This document shows, one piece after another, positions 19,380-27,624 of a stretch of 64,000 nucleotides of DNA (position 1 is its first letter; each line of letters opens with the position of its first letter). The stretch covers positions 19,962-83,961 of the forward strand of contig JACOZP010000006.1 of NCBI GenBank assembly GCA_016181265.1, written 5' to 3'. The notes under the pieces are model-generated. The model had not been told where the DNA came from. It saw only the letters and a program-made list of their open reading frames with translations, and did not search any database. The DNA is from Candidatus Woesearchaeota archaeon (GTDB taxonomy: Archaea; Nanobdellota; Nanobdellia; Woesearchaeales; GW2011-AR9). Position numbers and translations under genes: made by a program.

Positions 19380-21245
19380 TTATTTTTTCTCTTTGAAATC
19401 AGCATCGACAACCGGCTCTTCATCACTGCCTTCTTCAGAGTGACCATGTTTCTCTGACTGTTTCTCTGATTGTTTGCCTGTGTGTTGTGCAGCTTCCTGA
19501 TACATCTTTGTTCCGATCTCCTGAACGACCTTATTCAATTCGTCAATGCCTTTCTGGATTCTCTCGACATCTCCTTCTTTACGAGCCTCTTCTAGCTCTT
19601 TCATGCCATCTTCAATCTTCTTCTTGGTACCAGAATCTACTTTATCTTTGAATTCATCCAACACTTTCTGCGTCTGATAAAGCAAAGAATCAGCATTATT
19701 CTCTGTATCAATACGTTCTTTCTTCTTTGCATCCTCTGCTTCAAACTTCTTAGACTCCTCTTTCATCTTCTCGACTTCTGCTTTAGAGAGGTTACCAGCA
19801 CCCGTAATCTTGATGCGCTGTTCTTTCCCTGTCCCAAGATCTTTTGCCGAAACGTTGACGATACCGTTAGCATCAATATCGAAGGTCACTTCGACTTGTG
19901 GTACACCTCGTGGTGCAGGAGGGATACCCATCAGATCAAACTGTCCTAACAGCTTATTATCATTAAACATAGAACGTTCTCCCTGTCCGATACGGATTGT
20001 CACTGCGGTCTGATTATCCGCCGCTGTAGAGAAGATCTGTGATTTCTTTGTCGGGATAGTTGTATTTCTCTCGATCAGCTGTGTAAAGACACCACCAAGT
20101 GTCTCGATTCCTAATGTTAAGGGAGTGACGTCCAGTAACAGGACATCTTTCACTTCACCAGCAAGGACGCCTGCTTGAATCGCTGCACCGAGAGCAACAG
20201 CCTCATCCGGATTGACAGATTTATCTCCTTCTTTGCCGGTGATCTTACGTACCAAATCCTGAACCGCAGGAATTCTCGTCGAGCCGCCAACAAAAATGAC
20301 TTTGTCGATCTTAGCCGCGGAGAGCCCCGCATCACGCAGAGCATTCTTCACCGGCGTTTCCAATCGCTTGAGGATATCGGCGATCAGTTCTTCAAATTTA
20401 GCCCGGGTTAATTCTTCTTTAATATGTTTCGGCCCGTTCTGATCAGCGGTGATAAATGGGATGCTGATCTCTACTTTCGTTTTTGTGGACAATTCGATCT
20501 TCGCTTTCTCTGCTGCTTCTTTCAAACGTTGTACCGCTGTCGCATCACGACGGAGATCGATTCCCGTAGAACGCTTGAAGATGGTAATCAGATGATCCAT
20601 AATTAACTCATCAACATCATCTCCACCAAGCATATTATCGCCGCTCGTGGATTTAACTTCAAAGATACCATCCCCTAATTCTAGGATAGAAACATCAAAT
20701 GTTCCTCCCCCAAAATCGAAGACGAGAATAGTCTGTTCTTTCTCTAGCTTGTCCAGACCATATGCTAACGAGGCTGCTGTCGGTTCGTTGATGATCCGCA
20801 AGACATTTAATCCGGCGATATCCCCTGCATTCTTCGTCGCTTGACGCTGTGCATCATTAAAATAAGCAGGAACAGTGATTACTGCATTCTTTACTGGCTG
20901 CCCAAGATAAGCTTCTGCATCCCGTTTCAATTTTTGCAGGATCATTGCAGAAATCTGTTCGGGAGTATATTCTTTATCATCTATTTCAACTTTTTCATTC
21001 GTTCCCATTTTCCGTTTGATCGAACGGATCGTGTGTAACGGATCAACAATTGCTTGGTTACGCGCAATTTGCCCAACAGTCACTTCTTTATCACGGACGT
21101 GCACGACACTCGGTGTTGTCCGTGTTCCTTCCGCATTAGAGATAATTGTCGGCTTGCCTGCTTCTAAGACTGCCATCGCTGAAAAAGTGGTACCTAAGTC
21201 TATCCCGATAGTTGCACCCGATACTGTTTGTTTTTTATCTGCCAT
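19380..21245 (-). CDS. dnaK: Chaperone DnaK (Hsp70)
   Basis: Start at the ATG at 21245, with GGAGGaaactaca upstream. [24 protein letters not shown] and VGGSTRIP signatures. Confidence 0.97.
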   Translation of the reverse strand: MADKKQTVSGATIGIDLGTTFSAMAVLEAGKPTIISNAEGTRTTPSVVHVRDKEVTVGQIARNQAIVDPLHTIRSIKRKMGTNEKVEIDDKEYTPEQISAMILQKLKRDAEAYLGQPVKNAVITVPAYFNDAQRQATKNAGDIAGLNVLRIINEPTAASLAYGLDKLEKEQTILVFDFGGGTFDVSILELGDGIFEVKSTSGDNMLGGDDVDELIMDHLITIFKRSTGIDLRRDATAVQRLKEAAEKAKIELSTKTKVEISIPFITADQNGPKHIKEELTRAKFEELIADILKRLETPVKNALRDAGLSAAKIDKVIFVGGSTRIPAVQDLVRKITGKEGDKSVNPDEAVALGAAIQAGVLAGEVKDVLLLDVTPLTLGIETLGGVFTQLIERNTTIPTKKSQIFSTAADNQTAVTIRIGQGERSMFNDNKLLGQFDLMGIPPAPRGVPQVEVTFDIDANGIVNVSAKDLGTGKEQRIKITGAGNLSKAEVEKMKEESKKFEAEDAKKKERIDTENNADSLLYQTQKVLDEFKDKVDSGTKKKIEDGMKELEEARKEGDVERIQKGIDELNKVVQEIGTKMYQEAAQHTGKQSEKQSEKHGHSEEGSDEEPVVDADFKEKK

Positions 21246-21267
21246 TGTAGTTTCCTCCATTAAGAGT

Positions 21268-21356
21268 TATAGTCATCCCAGTGGATTTTCCGTAAGGAAA
21301 ATCCCCTCGGCTGACTATCTGTCAACCAACAAGTCGGTATTTCCTCGTTGGTTGAC
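21268..21356. repeat. Double-hairpin element, copy 2 (between grpE and dnaK), with a nested extra hairpin
   Basis: TATAGTCATCC...GGCTGACTAT encloses GGATTTTCC-gtaa-GGAAAATCC (21283-21304). Then GTCAACCAAC-16 nt-GTTGGTTGAC (21321-21356). Direct repeat of the 19278-19339 element. Confidence 0.8.
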
Positions 21357-21403
21357 TATATTCTTAGTTTTGTTTAGTTAATGTTCTTTAATGTATGACC
21401 AAT

Positions 21404-21946
21404 TCATTCCTTCTTCTCTACGTTTCTACCTGCGCTTACTTTTACTTTTGCATGGCGGATGACTTTTCCATGCAATAGGAATCCCCGTTGATATTCTTCT
21501 AGGATAGTATTTTCCGGCGCCTCCGAAGGGATCTTTAAGATCGCTTCGTGAAGAAAAGGATCAAATCTTCCACCGACTGTCGGAACCACAGCCACGCCAT
21601 TCTGTTCTAGGAACGTATTAAACTGTGTAGAGATCAACGTGACACCTTTGATGAAGTTTTCAGGATGTTCCATATCCACGTGCTTTAATGCTAAATCGAG
21701 GGTATCGAAAATAGGTAGTACACCCAAAATACTATCCCGTGCTGCCATTTCTTGCATCTCCTCAAGACGCTTCTGCGCCTGTTTACGATAGTTCTCGAAA
21801 TTCGCCTGCGTTCGCAAAAGCAAATCCTTAAGTTCATCTAAAGTGTGCAAAGGGTCCATACGCGGACCCCCTGCCACAGAGGTGTCAATAGGAGAAGATG
21901 ATGGATCATTTTCCGATTGTTTTTGATTATTTTCTTTTTCTGTCAT
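21404..21946 (-). CDS. grpE: Nucleotide exchange factor GrpE
   Basis: 180 aa, RTQANFENYRKQAQKR, LLHGKVIRHAKVKV C-terminal beta domain. Confidence 0.9.
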   Translation of the reverse strand: MTEKENNQKQSENDPSSSPIDTSVAGGPRMDPLHTLDELKDLLLRTQANFENYRKQAQKRLEEMQEMAARDSILGVLPIFDTLDLALKHVDMEHPENFIKGVTLISTQFNTFLEQNGVAVVPTVGGRFDPFLHEAILKIPSEAPENTILEEYQRGFLLHGKVIRHAKVKVSAGRNVEKKE

Positions 21947-21979
21947 ATCTCAAACCCCCCCACCAAAAGTTCATCTTAG

Positions 21980-21994
21980 GTCAACATTGTTGAC
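21980..21994. promoter_or_regulatory. Perfect palindrome GTCAACATTGTTGAC in the grpE / wHTH-regulator divergent promoter (candidate operator)
   Basis: Lies 14-28 nt from the shared AATATATAAATTTT box (22008-22021) on the grpE side, where a grpE TSS is expected. Shares GTCAAC/GTTGAC arms with the dnaK-flanking hairpins. Confidence 0.45.
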
Positions 21995-22007
21995 TTAAAA
22001 CGCAACC

Positions 22008-22021
22008 AATATATAAATTTT
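22008..22021. promoter_or_regulatory. AT-rich TATA-like box shared by divergent grpE and regulator genes
   Basis: AATATATAAATTTT sits about 40 nt upstream of the ATG at 22062. On the other strand it sits upstream of grpE, whose ATG follows GGTGGGGGGG. Confidence 0.45.
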
Positions 22022-22061
22022 GTGGGAAAAGTTTAAAAATACGCGTACCCACCCCGTTATC

Positions 22062-22460
22062 ATGACCCAACGCATAACTATTTTAAGAATCCGAAAAGCA
22101 GCTCCCGAACCTGATGTTAATCGCGAACTCCAATGGGTAGGTACTTCTCTCGGTCTCTTTAATCTCCGCGATAAAGACAGTAGCTGTTTCCGCATCTTTA
22201 TTACTATCATCCAAAAAGCGCATCGTCACGAACCTATCTCTTCTGATGAAATCGCCGAGAAGTTAAATTTGACACGGGGGACAGTTGTCCATCACCTTGA
22301 TAAATTGATGGACGCCGGCATTGTCTTGCGAGAGAAAGAAGGATACATCCTCAGAGAAGCTAACCTTAGTAAAGTGATTAAAGACATCCAGCGAGACGTA
22401 CAAGATATTTTTACAGAAGTAGAACGGGTAGCCAGAGAGATAGATGAGCGATTGGAATGA
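22062..22460 (+). CDS. Winged-helix (ArsR/TrmB-like) transcriptional regulator, divergent from grpE
   Basis: I prefer the ATG at 22062 over the TTG at 22020, which overlaps the TATA box. ISSDEIAEKLNLTRGTVVHHLDKLMDAGIV is a helix-turn-helix plus wing. Confidence 0.65.
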   Translation: MTQRITILRIRKAAPEPDVNRELQWVGTSLGLFNLRDKDSSCFRIFITIIQKAHRHEPISSDEIAEKLNLTRGTVVHHLDKLMDAGIVLREKEGYILREANLSKVIKDIQRDVQDIFTEVERVAREIDERLE

Positions 22461-22528
22461 GACAGGTCTAAAAATTAAGGAAAAATACTCAGAAATTCTT
22501 TTAAAGAAAGAAGGGAATTGAGAGAAAT

Positions 22529-22801
22529 ATGACCAAAGATCACTACATAGTCCCACCCGAAAAACAAGAAGAATTTTCTAACTGGAGAATAAAATCGACA
22601 ATTCGAGAATACCTCGTAAAAGGAGCGATAGTTTTCACGGGATATACTGCGTTTGACTTCCTCTCTCAGAAAGAGTGGAGTAAAGGAACACTCACCGGAC
22701 TAGCACTGTTTGTTTTCGTAGATATGTGGAAAACCCACCAGACAATCAAAAGAGAAGAATTGGAAGAGATGATATCCCTCAATAATAGAGATAATAATTA
22801 G
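22529..22801 (+). CDS. Small membrane protein, hypothetical
   Basis: 90 aa with two hydrophobic segments. Confidence 0.4.
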   Translation: MTKDHYIVPPEKQEEFSNWRIKSTIREYLVKGAIVFTGYTAFDFLSQKEWSKGTLTGLALFVFVDMWKTHQTIKREELEEMISLNNRDNN

Positions 22802-22854
22802 TGAAAGAGCTCGTGTAAAGATTCTTTAAAGTCAAAAGAAAATCTTAACCTTTT

Positions 22855-23580
22855 GTGTCTCGCCAACTAACTCTTCTTGGAACAATCCATACCGACCCAT
22901 TGGGGATGAAGAGATTGTATCGAGCGACGACAACAACCCAGAGAAATACAGTTACTACGTTTGAACTAGAAGATGGTCGGATTTCTTGTTTCGCTGCCGA
23001 GCACCGGGACTTTCTTGCCGATTGGCTCAAAGACCTCTTCGACTTAGAACCAGAACAAAAAGAAGAATTCAAAGATCTGTTAAGGAATTACGGCTATGAA
23101 TCAAAGATTGCCTTCGGTTTACAATTGTTAGGATATAAAGCTCACCCCATCGACGATGCCACGGCAGAACGCGATGGCGCATTGATTATCCTCACGGGGA
23201 AAAAGCAGAAACCGGAATATATGCAGGAGTACCATCAGTTAGTTGGTATCCTATACCAACAGCTCGGGTTCATTGAAGATCCGGGAGAACGAGAAGTTAT
23301 CGCCATCTGCGGAGCATACGTCTTTTTTGAACCAGAAAAGCGACAGGAGATCGCTGACTACCAGTACAACCGAGGACTAGAGGACATAAAAGTAAAAACG
23401 ATGCCATCAACAATCCAACGAGATCAAACGATGGAAGGACGTATTAGAAGAATCTGGAATGAAACCGATGCAGACCTCATCCATGTAGGAGGATTATTTC
23501 ACATCTATGGGCCATACCAGAACCTATACGACCGGTTACAGGACCTAAATCCCATCCGCAGAAAATTAAATGAATTTTAA
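22855..23580 (+). CDS. Hypothetical protein, possibly TraB/TIKI-family
   Basis: LLGTIHTDP, RDQTMEGRIRRIW and IHVGGLFHIYG resemble the GTxH...E...R..M...GxxH pattern of TraB/PrgY/TIKI proteins. GTG start. Confidence 0.4.
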   Translation: MSRQLTLLGTIHTDPLGMKRLYRATTTTQRNTVTTFELEDGRISCFAAEHRDFLADWLKDLFDLEPEQKEEFKDLLRNYGYESKIAFGLQLLGYKAHPIDDATAERDGALIILTGKKQKPEYMQEYHQLVGILYQQLGFIEDPGEREVIAICGAYVFFEPEKRQEIADYQYNRGLEDIKVKTMPSTIQRDQTMEGRIRRIWNETDADLIHVGGLFHIYGPYQNLYDRLQDLNPIRRKLNEF

Positions 23581-23797
23581 TGATAACAAAAGATATGATT
23601 ACAACTTGATCTCTAACCGACAATAAGGACAATATACTTTCTGCATCCCCGAAAACAATAGAGAAACAAACTTATACTTGCAGTAGGGACAATCTTGTTT
23701 TTGTTTGAGGATATAAAACCACCAAACCTGCTCAAAAAAGAAAGAATTAATAAGACTTACGAAAAAGAAACGAAAAAGAAAAAAAAGTAGAAAATTT

Positions 23798-24178
23798 CTA
23801 ATCCGAAGCTAGTTTCCAAATTGTCTTCATCCCAACAATGATTGCGCCAGGAACAACGAAGACCACAATGTTACTGAGGATAGCACGCAGATAGATACCT
23901 ATCCCAGGAATCAAACCGAGATTGACAATCCCGGCCAGCATCAAAGCTATTGATGCAACCAAGAAAGGGGTTGTTTCCTGTGCAGTCAGGTTAAATAAAC
24001 CGACAATCAAACCCAAAACAACCAACGTCGTCACTAAGACCTCTGGCGCAATGTAGGTATGAAAAAATCCTGCCAAGATTGCAATCAACAGACCGACAAA
24101 GAACGAATAATGGGCAAGACGATGCCATTCTACTCCCTGCTTGCTTAAAAATGATGAAGCTACTTTTGCTTTAGCCAC
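23798..24178 (-). CDS. Membrane protein, hypothetical
   Basis: 126 aa, 4 predicted TM segments. GTG start preceded by GAGGTGAT. Confidence 0.5.
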   Translation of the reverse strand: MAKAKVASSFLSKQGVEWHRLAHYSFFVGLLIAILAGFFHTYIAPEVLVTTLVVLGLIVGLFNLTAQETTPFLVASIALMLAGIVNLGLIPGIGIYLRAILSNIVVFVVPGAIIVGMKTIWKLASD

Positions 24179-24283
24179 TATCTATCACCTCTATAATAAC
24201 AGTTACAATGAAACAATTTTAGTATATAAATGCTTCGGTTTCGTCGAGAAAGATTTTAAAAATAGCAGAAAAATAAAGCTCAG

Positions 24284-24559
24284 ATGACCGCCGAATTTAC
24301 TGTAGAAAAATGCAAGACTAAAGCAACATATTCTGCAAAATTAAAGAAGCAGCAGCAACTACACTTGACTAAGATTGCACAACGACTAGAAGTCATTTTA
24401 GAGACACCAATTCTACTTGTTATAAAAGAAGAAGGAGTTGAAGCCGTTGTTCATCGCTATGGAGAGATTCTGTTTAAGAATTGTTCGGATGTAGCGTTAA
24501 TGGAGAAAATTGCCAGAAAAGTATTCGAACTTGGCCTAAAGAGAGAGAAGACGTCATAA
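24284..24559 (+). CDS. Hypothetical protein
   Basis: 91-aa ORF with no motif, followed by a hairpin. Confidence 0.4.
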   Translation: MTAEFTVEKCKTKATYSAKLKKQQQLHLTKIAQRLEVILETPILLVIKEEGVEAVVHRYGEILFKNCSDVALMEKIARKVFELGLKREKTS

Positions 24560-24583
24560 AAATGCGTGAAGCAACGCATTTTT
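24558..24583. terminator. Bidirectional hairpin between convergent CDS and tRNA-Asn
   Basis: AAAAATGCGT-gaagca-ACGCATTTTT: 10-bp stem with A/T runs on both sides. Confidence 0.5.
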
Positions 24584-24597
24584 ACATAAGAAAAAAG

Positions 24598-24683
24598 CGC
24601 CCTCGACCAGGATCGAACTGGTGACCTGTCGGTTTCTTTTCAGCGACTAACAGCCGACCGCTCCACCGCTAAGCTACGAGGGC
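24598..24683 (-). tRNA. tRNA-Asn(GUU) with 14-nt intron at canonical 37/38 position
   Basis: Hand fold: GCCCTCG-TA-GCTT/GAGC D arm. Anticodon stem GTCGG/CCGAC encloses CTGTTA[GTCGCTGAAAAGAA]A. T arm ACCAG-TTCGATC-CTGGT, then CGAGGGC + G. No encoded CCA; oligo-T follows. Confidence 0.85.
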
Positions 24684-24709
24684 ACAATTTCCATTCGAGA
24701 GGCATTGAA

Positions 24710-24717
24710 TTTATAAA
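24710..24717. promoter_or_regulatory. Palindromic TTTATAAA box shared by tRNA-Asn (27 nt away) and the divergent phosphoesterase gene (ATG 24 nt away)
   Basis: Spacing on both strands matches the archaeal TATA-to-TSS distance. Confidence 0.5.
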
Positions 24718-24740
24718 GATTTTGCCGTTAAAACCAATTC

Positions 24741-25451
24741 ATGAATATCGCTCCCCACATCCAGATCATTGAAACTGCTCTCTGGCTAGAACAAGAAGAG
24801 ATTCTCATCATCAACGATCTCCATCTCGGCTACGAAGAATCTCTCCGCCAAAAAGGCGTGCTTATTCCAAAATTCCAATTGCAGGAGATTGTTTCTCTTC
24901 TCCAACGTATCCTCCAAAAAGTGAAGCCCGATAAAATTATCATCAACGGCGACCTTAAGCATGAATTCGGAAAAATCCTTAACCAAGAATGGAAAGATGT
25001 CCTGCAACTGCTCGATTTCCTTCTCCAACATTGCGCGGAGATAATTATCATTCGAGGAAACCACGACCCCATCATCAAGCCCATTGCAGAGAAACGAAGA
25101 ATAAAAGTCGTTACTGAATATAGAGCCAAAGGTACATTGATCCTCCATGGCGATGAACTTGTCGAAACTGACGCGAAGAGAATTATCATCGGCCACGAGC
25201 ATCCAGCCATCACTATCCGTGAAGGGAGCAAATGGGAAAAATACAAGTGCTTTCTCAAAGGAAAGTGGAATCAAAAGGAACTGATTGCCGTACCCAGTTT
25301 CAATCCACTGCTAGAAGGAACCGATATTCTCAAAGAAGAAACACTCAGCCCATTCCTCAAAAAGATTGACTCTTTTGATGTCTTCATTGTTAACGAAAGT
25401 GAAGTATTCAACTTCGGGAAAGTCAAAAAGATAAAAGAAAAGAATCAATAG
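24741..25451 (+). CDS. Metallophosphoesterase (calcineurin-like, archaeal ICC/COG1407-type)
   Basis: INDLHLGYE, INGDLKHEF, IRGNHD, LHGDE and IGHEHP motifs in canonical order. Confidence 0.8.
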   Translation: MNIAPHIQIIETALWLEQEEILIINDLHLGYEESLRQKGVLIPKFQLQEIVSLLQRILQKVKPDKIIINGDLKHEFGKILNQEWKDVLQLLDFLLQHCAEIIIIRGNHDPIIKPIAEKRRIKVVTEYRAKGTLILHGDELVETDAKRIIIGHEHPAITIREGSKWEKYKCFLKGKWNQKELIAVPSFNPLLEGTDILKEETLSPFLKKIDSFDVFIVNESEVFNFGKVKKIKEKNQ

Positions 25452-25496
25452 AATTCTTAAAAAATATTTTGAAAAAAAAGATGGAATGAAAAAAAG

Positions 25497-25850
25497 ATGA
25501 AAAGAATACTCATTGCGGAAGACAAAGAATTGAATCAACGGTTATATCAGAGTTTATACTCTCCACTAGCGGAAGTAGAAATTGTTTCTTCCGGCCAAGA
25601 AGCCTTAGAACGTATAGAGAGAGGTGTTGACAAGCTAGATCTAATCGTCCTCGACGGCTCAATGCCCCCGGGACCAACGGGAGATGTCATTGCCAGACGA
25701 TGCAAAGAATTGTATCCCACCTTAAGAGTAGTCCTCAATACAAGCAACCCTAACGATTACAAACATCTTGGAGAATCGGGAATACCTGTCTTTGATAAGA
25801 CCCCTTACACCCTACTCTTGGAGTACGTCAGAAGAATACTAGAAGAATAG
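25497..25850 (+). CDS. Stand-alone response-regulator receiver domain
   Basis: ILIAEDK, DLIVLDGSMP (phospho-acceptor Asp), VVLNTS, 117 aa. Confidence 0.75.
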   Translation: MKRILIAEDKELNQRLYQSLYSPLAEVEIVSSGQEALERIERGVDKLDLIVLDGSMPPGPTGDVIARRCKELYPTLRVVLNTSNPNDYKHLGESGIPVFDKTPYTLLLEYVRRILEE

Positions 25851-25851
25851 A

Positions 25852-25986
25852 CTAACCTTCCTTCCCCGGTTCTTGTTTCGTATACTTTTCATGAACGGGA
25901 TGATCCGATTCAGGATCATACTCCCATTCATCCTCTTTTTTCTTCTTCAGTTTCTTCTTTTTGAGAAGATCATTTTCTGAGTTCAT
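25852..25986 (-). CDS. Small highly charged ORF, 44 aa (below track cutoff)
   Basis: Its ATG overlaps the TGA of the upstream 91-aa ORF (ATGA). Translation MNSENDLLKKKKLKKKKEDEWEYDPESDHPVHEKYTKQEPGKEG. Confidence 0.25.
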   Translation of the reverse strand: MNSENDLLKKKKLKKKKEDEWEYDPESDHPVHEKYTKQEPGKEG

Positions 25987-26258
25987 TGTCCGCCCCGCGC
26001 TTTTTTATTATACTCAACTTGCCTCTGCTGATGATAAGAACAGAAAATGATCCCCGCTACCGCTTTCTCTGAACAACGGACGCAAATCCCTTCTTTACGC
26101 CGGTCATAATATGACTTCTTACGCTCTTTCAAGAGACGTTTCTTATTACCATGATAAAATTTAAGGAAGCGATTAACGTACTTCTTCTCAGTCTTCTCCC
26201 CTCCTTTCAATCTTGCCAGTAATTCTTTCCATACCATTAGCGTTGGCACCTCGGACAA
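25983..26258 (-). CDS. Small basic Cys/His protein, hypothetical
   Basis: CVRCSEKAVAGIIFCSYH motif. TTG start overlaps the fpg 3' end; an alternative ATG lies at 26237. Confidence 0.4.
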   Translation of the reverse strand: MSEVPTLMVWKELLARLKGGEKTEKKYVNRFLKFYHGNKKRLLKERKKSYYDRRKEGICVRCSEKAVAGIIFCSYHQQRQVEYNKKARGGQ

Positions 26259-27040
26259 TAATAAGTGCCCCGTCCACTTTGATTAATCTTTCTAATCGGA
26301 TGACTTTTGGGACAACGGTCCTTTTGATAGACAGAAAGCAGATCCTGAAATTCTCCTTTTCCATCGATGTGGCTAAAGTTTTGGATCGTCGTGCCATTCC
26401 GTTCTATTGCTAAGGTAAGAACATCTCGTAACTCCTGATATAATTTTTCTCTCTTTGAAGTATTGATGTCCTCAATTTGTGTTCGGGGATCAATTCCCGC
26501 TCGATACAATGCTTCTTGAGCATAAATGTTACCGATTCCTGCAATAAGAGATTGATCCATCAATTTTGTCTTGATCACTGCTGAAGGAAACCGTTGTAAC
26601 AAAGAATCGAATAATGTAAACGTAAATGAAGCAGCTAACGGCTCATATCCTAGCTGAGAAAAAGTATTCTCCAGTTCTTTCGCGGAAACATTCTTAATAC
26701 CCCCAAAACGTCTGATCTCATTAAACGTGAAGAAGGAGCCATCATCTAGATGAAACGTACCGGAGAGATACTTCTGATAGCTATTCACCTTGCTTCCCTG
26801 CGGAACATAATGAAAATGTCCCGTCATCCGCAGATGCGCGACAAGATAAGAATTGGTGTCTAGAGTAAAGACGATAGATTTCCCTCTTCTCATAATATCA
26901 ATGATCCTCGCCGGCAGACCTTTCTTAACAGAATGAGAAATGACTTTTGGATCTTTAATCACTACCTTCTCGATAGTCTTAAAACAGACTGTAGTACGTA
27001 ACTGACGGACAACTGTCTCCACTTCCGGAAGTTCAGGCAT
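26237..27040 (-). CDS. fpg: Formamidopyrimidine-DNA glycosylase (Fpg/Nei family)
   Basis: Start set at the ATG at 27040, which yields the obligatory N-terminal MPELPEVE. H2TH region and C-terminal zinc finger YYCPRCQ. Confidence 0.9.
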   Translation of the reverse strand: MPELPEVETVVRQLRTTVCFKTIEKVVIKDPKVISHSVKKGLPARIIDIMRRGKSIVFTLDTNSYLVAHLRMTGHFHYVPQGSKVNSYQKYLSGTFHLDDGSFFTFNEIRRFGGIKNVSAKELENTFSQLGYEPLAASFTFTLFDSLLQRFPSAVIKTKLMDQSLIAGIGNIYAQEALYRAGIDPRTQIEDINTSKREKLYQELRDVLTLAIERNGTTIQNFSHIDGKGEFQDLLSVYQKDRCPKSHPIRKINQSGRGTYYCPRCQR

Positions 27041-27091
27041 AAGAAAGAAGAACCCCACAAAATATATAAAGTTTTAGGACTTGGCTAATGT

Positions 27092-27595
27092 ATGGTAGAT
27101 GTACGTGATCTCCTGCGAAAAAGAGAAAAAGAGACGGTCTTAAAAACACTTCGTAAGACTAGGAAAGCTTTCATCACTGAATATACCTGCAGTATTCTGC
27201 TACTGCTGCTCTTGGGAGTATTATATGTGAAAGGAGTTGCAATTAATAGTTCAATCACCTACTTTGTCTTGGGAATATCCCTAGTTTCCGTTGGATCAGC
27301 AGAATTATCCCGGTTATTTATTCGCTATCAAATCACCGAAAACAAATTTATGATCATCCAAGGGTTCCTCAAACAAAGCAAAAAGAATGTTTACTTCCAA
27401 GCTCTCGCTTTCATTCCAGACTTAAACGTCAGGCAAAGTAGACTGCAAAGACTATTAAATTTTGGGTCTGTATATCTTAGAAGCGGTGGTGAACATACCT
27501 TCGAGATCCACGACATAAACAATCCTCAGCAAGTTCTAGATACGATTGAGAAACTCATTGAGCATAATAAAGGTAGTAGAGGAAGAAGAGAATAA
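27092..27595 (+). CDS. Membrane protein with bacterial PH (bPH_2/DUF304-like) domain
   Basis: Two TM helices, then a YLRSGGEHTFEIHDINNPQQVLDTIE-type domain. Confidence 0.55.
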   Translation: MVDVRDLLRKREKETVLKTLRKTRKAFITEYTCSILLLLLLGVLYVKGVAINSSITYFVLGISLVSVGSAELSRLFIRYQITENKFMIIQGFLKQSKKNVYFQALAFIPDLNVRQSRLQRLLNFGSVYLRSGGEHTFEIHDINNPQQVLDTIEKLIEHNKGSRGRRE

Positions 27596-27624
27596 AGTAG
27601 TCCTGAGTAAAGTATTCTTATTTT

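Noticed and set aside
21246-21358. The dnaK 5' hairpins as an RNA thermometer.
   Set aside because: The GGAGG SD and the ATG lie outside the stems (about 12 nt downstream) and have no complementary anti-SD stretch, so SD sequestration is not supported. Operator or processing roles remain open.
24786-25274. Two overlapping minus-strand ORFs of 142 and 162 aa.
   Set aside because: They are antisense to the metallophosphoesterase gene, which carries all five canonical motifs.
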